Below, piece after piece: positions 40,341-50,700 of a stretch of DNA of 64,000 nucleotides (position 1 is its first letter; each line of letters starts with the position of its first letter). The position numbers and the translations under genes are program-made. Under the pieces are notes generated by a model, which saw only the letters and a program-made list of their open reading frames with translations, made no database searches and was not told where the DNA came from. Source of the DNA: Torpedo marmorata (lineage: Eukaryota); the NCBI GenBank assembly GCA_977017645.1, contig OZ360239.1:71672001-71736000 (forward strand), in the 5' to 3' direction.

Positions 40341-43300
40341 AGTAAAACACGAAAATCTGTAGACACCGTGGTTGAAGTAAAAAACACAAATGCTGGAGAA
40401 ACTCAGCAGGTCAAACAGTGTCTTTTATGCAGCAAAGGTAGAATACATAACCGACGTTTCGGGCTTGAGCCCTTCATCAAAGTATAAGAAAATGCCGGCA
40501 GGCGTCCGAACAAAAGAGTGAGGGGGGATGGGGGGGGGTGGCAAAGGCAGGAGATGATAGGTGGAGAAAGGAGGGAGGGGACAGCAGCAAAGAGGGGGAG
40601 GAGGGATGGCTGGGTGGGTGGAAAAAAACAGGAAGGACAGTTGAGGGGGGAGGGGAAGGAAACGACAAGCAGGTTTAGTGGAAAGCAGAAAAGTCAATGT
40701 TAATGCCATCTGGCTGGAGAGTGCCTAGACGGAAAATGACATGTTGTTCCTCCAATTTGCGGGTAGTCTGGGTGGGATAGTACATAAGGCCATGGACAGA
40801 CATGTGAGTGTGGGAGTGTGACCTGGAATTGAAATGGTTAGCTACTGGGAGGTCGCTGTTGTTGCGGACGGAGAGGAGGTGCTCAGCAAAGCGATCTCCC
40901 AATCTACGACCGGTCTCTCCGATGTAGAGAAAGCCACAAAGGGAGCACCGGATGCAGTAAATAAGTTCTCTGGATGTACAAGTGAAGTGTAGTTTCACTT
41001 GAAAGGCCTGTTTGGGGCCCTGGACCGTGGTGAGGGGGCAGGTGTTGCACCTCTTGCGGGCACAGGGGAAGGTGCCGGGGGTGCGATGGGTGGGGAGGGA
41101 TGAATGCACGAGGGAATCGCGGAGGGTGCGGTCCCTATGGAAGGCCGAGAGGGGAGGAGAAGGAAAAATGTGTCTGGTGGTGGGATCCTGCAGTAAGTGC
41201 CGGAAATTCCGGCGGATAATGTGTTGGATGCGGAGGCTGGTGGGGTGGTAGGTGAGGATGAGGGGGATTCTATGTTTGTTGCGTCTGGGGGCAGAGGGGG
41301 CCAGGGCAGATGAGCGGGAAATAGAGGAGATGCGGGTGAGGGCTGAGTTGATGGTGGTGGAGGGGAAGCCACGTTTGTGGAAAAAGGCAGACATTTCAGA
41401 AGATCTGGAGTGGGACACCTCATCTTGGGAACAGATGCGGCGGAGGCAGAGAAATTGAGAGAAGGGGATGGAGTCCTTGCAGGGGACAGGGTGTGAGGAT
41501 GTGTAGTCCAGATAGTTGTGGGAGTTGGAGGGTTTGTAGTAAATGTCGGTGGAAAGCTTGTCTCCTGAGATGGAGACAGAGAGATCCAGGAAGGGGAGAG
41601 TGTTATCGAAGATGGACCAGGTGAGTTTGAGATCGTGGTGGAAGTTGGATGCGAAGTGGATGAAGTTGACAAGCTCATCGCGGGTGCATGAGGCAGCCCC
41701 GATGTAGCCGTCGATATAACGGAGGAAGAGATGAGGGGTCTTGCCTGTGTAGGCTTGCAGCATGGATTGCTCCACAAAGCCCACAAACAGGCAGGCATAG
41801 CTGGGACCCATGCAGGTACCCATGGCTACTCCTTTGATTTGGAGGAAGTGGGATGAGTTGAAGGAGAAGTTATTGAGAGTGAGGACACTCCCAATGGAGC
41901 TCCCAACGCGACAGCCGCCAACCCGAGCCTGGACCCTGGCCGCCGTCTCACCGGAGCTCCCAACGCCGCGGCCGCCGACCCGACCCTGGTCCCCAGCCGC
42001 CGTCTCACCGGAGCTCCCAACGCCACAGCCACCCACTCCTACCCGCGCCCCGGGCGCCGACTCGAAGGTACTCCCAACGCTACGGCCGCCCACCCCAGCC
42101 CGGGCCCCGCATGGGTCCCAGCTACGCCTGCCTGTTTGTGGGCTTTGTGGAGCAATCCATGCTGCAAGCCTACACAGGCAAGACCCCTCATCTCTTCCTC
42201 CGTTATATCGACGACTACATCGGGGCTGCCTCATGTACCCGCGATGAGCTTGTCAACTTCATCCACTTCGCATCCAACTTCCACCACGATCTCAAACTCA
42301 GCTGGTCCATCTCCGATAACACTCTCCCCTTCCTGGATCTCTCTGTCTCCATCTCAGGAGACAAGCTTTCCACCGACATTTACTACAAACCCTCCAACTC
42401 CCACAACTATCTGGACTACACTTCCTCACACCCTGTCCCCTGCAAGGATTCCATCCCCTTCTCTCAATTTCTCCGTCTCCGCCGCATCTGTTCCCAAGAT
42501 GAGGTGTTCCAGTCCAGATCTTCTGAAATGTCTGCCTTTTTCCACAAACGTGGCTTCCCCTCCACCACCATCAACTCAGCCCTCACCCGCATCTCCTCTA
42601 TTTCCTGCTCATCTGCCCTGGCCAACTCTGCCCCCAGACGCAACAAACATAGAATCCCCCTCATCCTCACCTACCACCCCACCAGCCTCCGCATCCAACA
42701 CATTATCCGCCAGAATTTCCGGCACTTACTACAGGATCCCACCACCAGACACATTTTTCCTTCTCCTCCCCTCTCGGCCTTCCATAGGGACCGCTCCCTC
42801 CACGATTCCCTCGTGCACTCATCCCTCCCCACCCATCGCACCACCGGCACCTTCCCCTGTGCCCGCAGGAGATGCAACACCTGCGCCCACACCTCCCCCC
42901 TCACCACGGTCCGGGGCCCTAAACAGGCTTTCCAAGTGAAACTACACTTCACTTGTACATCCAGAGAACTTATTTACTGCATCCGGTGCTCCCTTTGTGG
43001 CTTTCTCTACATCAGAGATGTAGATTGGGAGATCGCTTTGCTGAGCACCTCCTCTCCGTCCGCAACAACAGCAACCTCCCAGTAGCCAACCATTTCAATT
43101 CCGAGTCACACTCCCACACTCACATGTCTGTCCATGGCCTTATGTACTATCCCACCCAGACTACCTGCAAATTGGAGGAACAACATCTCACTCTCCAGCC
43201 AGTTGGCATTAACATTGACTTTTCTGCTTTCCACTAAACCTGCTTGTCGTTTCCTTCCCCTCCCCCCTCACCTGTCCTTCCTGTTTTTTTTCACACCCAC

Positions 43301-43533
43301 CCAGCCATCCCTCCTCCCCCTCTTTGCTGCTGTCCCCTCCCTCCTTTCTCCACCTATCATCTCCTGCCTTTGCCACCCCCCCTTCCCCCCTCACTCTTTT
43401 GTTCGAACACCTGCTGGCATTTTCTCATACTTTGATGAAGGGCTCAAGCCCCAAACGTCGGTTATGTATTTCTACCTTTGCTACATAAAAGACACTGTTT
43501 GACCTGCTGAGTTTCTCCAGCATTTGTGTTTTT
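40341..43533. mobile_element. Penelope-like retroelement insertion: two 5'-truncated copies in inverted (divergent) orientation
   Basis: RT motifs QIKGVAMG.CMGPSYA and RYIDD (RYIDG in the left copy). GIY-YIG nuclease LIYCIRC...YIGETGRRLGDRF.EH. Left copy on - (40341 to about 41886), right copy on + (42110-43533, frameshifted). 14-bp TSD (40327-40, 43534-47). Confidence 0.92.
41896..42110. repeat. GC-rich 57-bp tandem repeat, about 4 copies
   Basis: GG(AG/TA)CTCCCAACG recurs at 41896, 41953, 42010 and 42067. Confidence 0.85.
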
Positions 43534-43760
43534 TCCTTACAGACAGCGCGGGATTTGAACCCCGGTCCCAATCGCTGGCGCTGTAAAGCTGTTGCGCTAA
43601 CCGCTACGCCAACCGTGCCGCCCAATAGAAGTATGAATGGAATGGTTGATTGACCAGACATTTGATCTGCAGGGCCCTTCAATCCCACTTTATATATCAG
43701 CATCTGATCCACGGGACCTTCTAATCCCAGTGAATTAAATTTCAACACTCGTCTTGACTA

Positions 43761-43902
43761 GATGTTTGCATTCAGGCACCTGCCTACATTTTGCTCATAC
43801 CTTGATGAAGGGCTCAAGCCCGAAATGTTGGTTATGTATCTTTATCTTTGCTATATAAAGTACACTGTTTGACCTGCTGAGTTTCTCCAGTATTGTGTTT
43901 TT
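43761..43902 (+). mobile_element. Penelope terminal-repeat insertion
   Basis: Contains the hammerhead-like motif. Perfect 14-bp TSD ACTCGTCTTGACTA (43747-60, 43903-16). Confidence 0.8.
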
Positions 43903-44007
43903 ACTCGTCTTGACTAATTGGTTCATAGCGCCAGTTACTTTGGGCAGTTAATCTGCAGTGCTAGTAAATTCCTGGTGAATGAACTGTAGTGGTTGATAGC
44001 AAGCCAA

Positions 44008-44103
44008 GGACTCAAGCCCGAAACGTCAGTTATGTATTTCTACCTTTGCTACATAAGGTCACTGTTTGACCTGCTGAGTTTCTCCAGCATTTGTGTTTTT
44101 TAC
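44008..44103 (+). mobile_element. Penelope terminal-repeat fragment
   Basis: ctcaagcccgaaacgtc...ctgctgagtttctccagcatttgtgttttt. Confidence 0.75.
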
Positions 44104-45844
44104 TGAACCAGTGTGTCAGTTAGTCCTGCTTACTGATCTGCAGAGCTGGTTAATGATGTATAACGCTGGTTAATCTTGAATGAGCAATTCACAGCACTGA
44201 TTGATCTTGCATTAGCTAATCACAGGCATTGATCTGTAGCACTGGTTGATACACAGTATTGCTAATTATAATGGCAAATTGAAACTTATTTCCATTTTGT
44301 TTCTTTGAAAGCTTCATGTAGCACAAAAATTCTGAGTGCATCTTCAGCGTTCGATGCTGGACCAAGTACACATTACCTATCTTTCTAATTGCATTGAAAG
44401 AGATTTAATTACTGTGTTTCTTTCTGGTCATTGCAGTAACATTGAGCACAAAAACAAGCAGCTTCTAGCTGATACTGATAGAGTGGCCTGATTTAGAGGT
44501 TTTTTTTTCCCTCAGGAAAGCAATGACTAAATATGTTTACACTGCCGATTCAGGCTTTGCTACAACACTTTAAAATGATTAAGTGGGGCAGTGTGCTGTC
44601 ATGATGAACTGTTCTCCGTTTCAGAACATGCACAGAGCTTATTTTCACATGAACTATTTTGTATTCAGTGGAGAATAAATTCATTTGATTTTTTTTCCTC
44701 CTTGTGATGTAGTCTCATGCTGGATGGAAGCTTTTATTTTGAGCAAAGCAGAAACAATTTAATGCTGATGATTTCACTAATGTCCCTCGGGCTTTAACTG
44801 GCCCAAGCCTGCCTCTACTTTGTTTTAATTCAAATCAACTCAGATACTTTATAAGCAAATGTCTTAGTCAGCTCTAATTCATTCAGCAACTATCCATCAC
44901 TGTCAGAATTTAATACAAATTACCAGCTACTTGGCTAAGGCTCTTCACTGCTCTAAATTTAATTAGTTGGATTACTGATGATTAACTGTAAAGTCAGCAT
45001 TGAATGTGATTCTCTCTGTGAGGTTCTGCTAAGAGTGTATTTAAAGTTAATTTTATTCGGGCCTATAATTAGATTAGAAACATGAATCTGTTTATGAGTT
45101 AATTTAAAAAACACAATTGGTATTTGCAAACTATTCTAGGGATCTGTAATCAGCAATTAGCTTCTTATTAGTTTTGCAGTCCTTATTTAAAATGTTAAGA
45201 AAACTGTTGGAGAATGTACCACTACAGTCTCGAAATTGAAAACAGGATAATTTTCCCTGCATGGCTAGAAATTGCCATATTAATGGTAAAGTGCTTTCTT
45301 TATGTTGACCCGCAGTCTGAACGACGCAACACGAATGGTTTTCAACAAGATGCCCTTTCTAAAATATTTACAGATTTAACCTGTAAGATCTTGGTGGTGA
45401 AATGGAGCCCGCCTCAAGAGACCAAAATGAGCTTTTTCAATATACAATTTCAGTTATTATAATAAAGCACAAATGTACTGTTACTGCTAATTGGTAATTT
45501 ATAAAAGGAAGCTACAATACAGATATAAACCATCTTAGCAAACCATGCATTTGTAAACTGCTGCCACTTTTTCAAGGGCAATTAAAGATGGAAAATAAAT
45601 GCACGCCTTGCCAGCTTGCCTTGGGAAAAGCTCCAAGCCTAACAAAGACAGGAAAACAAAACTGGTTAACAATAGAGCTTTAGGTGATTTTTCTTTCGTC
45701 AATCTTCCGTGCTAATGGATTAAATGAAGAAAGGGCCGCACTGATTTTTTTTCTCTCCAGAAGAAAATGTCATATTGTCATACTTGGGGCAAGATCATGA
45801 AAGTTAGTGAGATGTGGTCCCTCACAAGATTCTAGGTCGGGCCA

Positions 45845-45990
45845 GTTAAACAAGAGAATCTGAAGATGCTGGGCTCAAGTGCACTACACAAATGTTTTGG
45901 AGAACCCAGGCCCGAAACGTTGGTTACCCTTTACTTCCTATAGATGCTGTGTGACCTGCTGAGTTTCTCCAGCACGTTTGTGTGTTGCAC
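45845..45990. mobile_element. Miniature fold-back Penelope-derived insertion
   Basis: Inverted gtgcactacacaaa / tttgtgtgttgcac plus tail. TSD TCTAGGT(C/A)GGGCCA (45831-44, 45991-46004). Confidence 0.7.
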
Positions 45991-46580
45991 TCTAGGTAGG
46001 GCCACAACTGTTTACAGTATTTATTAATGACTTGGGTACATGGCTTTCTTTCCTGTCGTGTAAAAGTTGGGAAGTCATGTTGCAACTGTATAAAGCTTTG
46101 CCAATTCATGAATGATGAAGCAAAAATGAATGCTATTCGTGGCATAGATGGCAGTTTTAAATGAGAAAAAGTTGTCCATTAATATGAGTGGGCCAATCCA
46201 TGGAAAGCATGAGGTCATTCTGTTTGGGCCAAAAAAATAATAGAACATTGTATTTTCTACAACAAAACACAGTTGCAACTCAATTTTATCAGAGCCAGAT
46301 ATTGTAAGTTGCATCACAGGCAAGTTCACAGAGCTTAACATGAACTACACAGGAGAGACTGGGATAAGTGGCCTCCAAGTGGTGGCCTTTAAGGATTCAC
46401 AAAAAGATGTGGTGATGCAGAAGGGTTTTAGGAGGGAATTCCACAACATTAGCCCTTGGTACCAGAAGACAGTGGTGGAGCAATTACATTCATGGATGGT
46501 GAAGCAGCCAGAACTGCATTGATGTTGATGTCAAGGAGGGTTGCAGGCAGGTGGGGGAAATAACTTAAGTTTCTGACTGG

Positions 46581-47090
46581 TAGCACCTTCGCTCCGAGCA
46601 CCTTTGCTCCGTCCGCACCAGTGACAGAGACCTTCCAGTAGCCAACCATTTCAGTTCTGTGTCACTTTCCCACACTCACATGTCTGTCCATGGCCTTATG
46701 TACTGTCCCACCAAGACCACCCGCAAATTGGAGGAACAACACCTGATTTTCCGTCTGGGCGCTCTCCAGCCAGATGGCATTAACATCGACTTTCCGGTTT
46801 CTGCTAACCTGCTCTCCCCTTCCCCCTTCCCTTCCCCTTTCCAGTTCTCCTCCCTCCCTTCCCCCTCTATTCACCTAGCCATCCCTCCTCCCCTTGATCG
46901 CTGCTGTCCCCTCCCTCCCTTCTCCACCTATCACCTCCAGACTTTGCGACCACACCTCCCCCCCATCTCTTTTGTTCGGATGCCTGCCGACATTTTTCCA
47001 TACCTTGATGAAGGGCTCTAGCCTGAAACGTCGGTTATGTATTTGGTGTATAAAGGACCCTGCTGAGTTTCTCCAGCTTTGTGTTTTTAT
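46581..47090 (+). mobile_element. Penelope 3' fragment (GIY-YIG C-terminus plus terminal repeat)
   Basis: SHTHMSVHGLMYCP...RKLEEQHLIFRLGALQPDGINIDF. TSD TTAA(G/A)TTTCTGACTGG (46565-80, 47091-106). Confidence 0.85.
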
Positions 47091-47359
47091 TTAAATTTCT
47101 GACTGGCATAGTCGTGTAAATTTCTTCCCAAAAAGCTGTGTTGCGAGCGTAGCTTACTCGTGCACTGGTGTCTTCCCACACCAGTTTGTTGTCACCCCTG
47201 GTGGAAGGCTAAAGGAGATTGCAGAAGGTCAGGGGCATGCAAGAATTTGAAAGCAAGGATGGGATTTTTTTTTTCAGACCAGGCCTTTGCTGAACGAAGA
47301 GCCTGTGAAGGTCAACAAGCACAGGGGATGTGTTAACGGGACTTGATTGCCTGCTGGGT

Positions 47360-47770
47360 TTACCTTAGAATTGAATTGTTTATTGTTACGCGTACAGAGA
47401 TACTGTGAAAAGCTTTGGTATGCGTGCTATCCAGGCAAGTAAACTCGTGCTCAGGCACAGCAGGAAGTGCAATAATGAAACAAAAGTGTAGGGTGTAGTG
47501 TAACAGAAAATCAAAGAGTGCAGGGCATAGTGTTACAGAGGCGAAATACAGGGTACAGAGCAAAGTTAAAACAGTGCAAGGGTATCATCTTTTACCAGTG
47601 AGCGGTCTATCTAAGAACCTGATGGCAGCAGGAAAGAAATTGTCCTTGAATGTGGAGGTTCGTGTTTTCAAGTTCCTGTATCTTTTGCCTGATGGAATGG
47701 GGGAGAAGAGAGTGTGACCGGGTGGGATGGGTCCTTTAATATGTTGTCGGTTTACCTGAGACCGCTGGAG
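47360..47770 (-). mobile_element. Rex1/Babar-like LINE 3' end
   Basis: Similar to 34605-34900 and 5920-6140. Confidence 0.65.
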
Positions 47771-50700
47771 TTATAGGCTGTGTAGAAAGAGAGAGCCTGG
47801 CAAGTAATGTATTGAAGTAGACCAGTTTTAAATGAACAATGATGTGAGTAAGGATTTCAGCAGGAGATGAGCTGAGACTGAGGGGCAGTGGGTCAATCTA
47901 ACAGATGGCATTCGGCAGTGATAGTGATGGCAGAGATGGGAACAGATTGTGAAGCACAACCATGATGTCAGCATTCTGAACAATCAGTAAAAATCAAAAT
48001 CCTGCAGAGAGGGCAAATCTGAAAATGCTGGAAACACTCAGCAAGTCAGGCAGCAGACTCAGTGTGCTACAGTTTATACCCTGTTAATGTGCACTTAATA
48101 CACGCAATCGTTCCCACTATTGACAGATGGAAAGTATTGTTTCTTTGATAAGGTGTATCTGAGTGACCGTGTTCTTCACTCCAATTTAGAAGATCACGAG
48201 TCCAAGACAATCTAGAAACTTGAGAACATTTTCTGTGTTACTGTTTCAGCACTGCACCAAGTCAGTGCTCATTTTTTGGGTGAAATCTTCCTTCTGAGGT
48301 GAACACTCAAGATCTCATGGAGTTATTTCTTACAATCAACACCAGTTTAAAAACAATTAATGCGGTAATTTAATAAATAGCTACTTATTGAATCTTCCTA
48401 TAAATAAATTGGCTCTCACCCTTCACGGCATTAACAGTGAAGACAGTGTTTCAAATATGGTGCCAGTTATACAGCACAGAAGCAGGCTCTTTGGCCCAAC
48501 CTGAGATCATGCGGACCAAGTTGCCTGTCCAAGCTAGCCCCATTTTCCTCTGTGCTGTACATGAACCTTTCCTATCCATGTACCTGTCTTTTAAACATTT
48601 CGATGCCCACCTCCACCACTTCCCCTAGCAACCAGATCCATACTTTTTTTAAACCATATTTTAAACGTACAAAAACAAAATCTCCCAATTTTTATTCTTC
48701 AGAGTATCTGGCGTCAATACACCGGATACGACAGAAGAGCCCTCTCTTCTCCACAACATCCCCTCTCAAAGCTCCATTCTTTGATGCCCAGAGGGGTCAT
48801 TCTTGTGGAAAGGTCTGCGGTCACTGCTGCTCTCAAGGGCTTGAGATCCCCGGGGCGAACCGTATCCGTCTATTCATTTGTGTCCAGCATTGGGATGACC
48901 ACTTGCCAAGTTAGCAGGGGTTGTGATTGAGTCTCTGTCACAACATTTTCCCTTGGGAGGGGTGAACGTGCCACCCTCCCACCACCCCCGGACACCGACC
49001 CATCAGCAGTGAAGCATTTTGGGACTTGCTGAATTTGTCAATTTTGGTTCTTAGTTTTTCATTCTTCAGAGATTCATAACATAATTTATTTTTTGTCAAG
49101 ATATTTTTAAGCTGTTGCACTGGAAAGTTGGCAAAGGGTTAACAAACAACAGCTTAGAAATTACTCATTGTCATCTGCTTTTTTTCACGCATTAAATGGT
49201 GATTGGCAAAATGTCAAGCTACATGCAGTAAAATATTTTGTTGGTCTTTGCTCCAGACCTGCAGTGAAAGGTCTAACAAGAAATTAATATGAATTGCTGA
49301 CTAGAGCAATTTGGGTATTTTGCAGGGTCCGAATCCAAAATGATGAACACAAGTTGCTTCAATAAACAGTTCCTCAGACTAATTTAAAACAGAGCATTGC
49401 ATTCCATCCAGCTCTGCTCGTGTTACAGTAACCTTACCTCTGTGAGGAATCAGTAAAAAAAAATGCACTGCAGAAAAACCTCTGTGTTTACTTATTGTCA
49501 AAGTTTAAAAATTCACAAATCAGATGGTGTGTGCTCCACATTCTCTCAGGCTTTTGCATGCCTGTAATTGGGTTGAGATTTGCATTATTTTTAATGTGTC
49601 TTTCAAGGGTGATCAGATTCTTTTCTTTGGAAAGTTTCCTCTGATCTTTGTTTACTGGAAAGTTGACGAGATTCAACCAGTAATGCCACAGATCAAAGGG
49701 CGATGAATTGGTCCGTGTTGAGTGCCCCAAGTCCAGGTAGGTTTCAGCGATTGTCAAACCTGACGATTCCACTCATTCAACAGAAGGGTAGCACATTATT
49801 GTAACTCTCAATTTTTCTTTCTAACTGATGATATTTTTTAAGCTCAGTGAATTGGATCAATGCCTGACCTGCCATTTTGACACTATGTGCTACATTCCCA
49901 TTGAGATGTGGAACTCTTGTGTAGTATTTCATTCAGACTGAATCCTTGAGTGTGTTCTAAACTCACTTATTCATGACTTTTTACTATCATAGTTACAAGC
50001 ATCACACCGGAGCATAATCTTATTTTGCAGATTGATGGATTGTTTATAAAGTAGTGGAATATATTATAGGTTTGAGCTATTGTGCATTTACACTAAGCCA
50101 GGCTATCATTAGACAGGATGTCCCAATAGATGAATCTCTCCACCCTCGCTCTGTTGTTACTGTGTCATTTTCGTATCTGCACATTGTTGAAGAGATACTA
50201 TAAATCATTTTCCCCAACCAAGACAATACTTGAAAATGTGGACTATTGCTCAGTTTGTTTCTTTGAATTGCTTAAGTAATTCTAGTTAAGAATATTGTTT
50301 CTTTTTCAGCAACAAATATTTTAATACATGTGCCATTCTCCTGCTGTGTTTTTTTTCCAGATTTGTTGTAAATTTTCTATGGTATTTTTTGTTTTGTTTG
50401 ATAAGAATGTTTAAACCATGCTGATAGAACTGTGATTGCCCCAGTTGAAAGCTACACTCTGGTTTAAAATTGCAAATGTAGTGTTGGATGGGTTGATAGA
50501 ATCAGGTCACGATGAGTAAAAACTACAGGACACAGATTTAATGGTACATGGATATGTTTCTGATACTGTTGTTCAGCTACTGTATTAACATTAAAAGAGC
50601 ATTCAAAATCACAGTCAATCAGTGTTTTTCCACTTGAATTTTTCAGCCTGAATATTGTGTTAGGGTTTAGTTTACGTTCATAGCGTGTTGCTGACACTTA

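Larger units (their letters stand above)
40172..43623 (-). mobile_element. SINE split by the Penelope insertion
   Basis: Halves 40172-40340 and 43534-43623 share the duplicated TCCTTACAGACAGC. Confidence 0.85.

Noticed and set aside
40675-42234. 519-aa ORF as an intact novel protein
   Set aside because: The N-terminus is antisense read-through of the right arm and spacer. The real part is a 5'-truncated Penelope RT with DD mutated to DG.
40995-42939. Pro/Ser/Thr-rich 267-aa ORFs (40995-41798 and 42136-42939)
   Set aside because: Alternative frames of the C-rich Penelope ORF.
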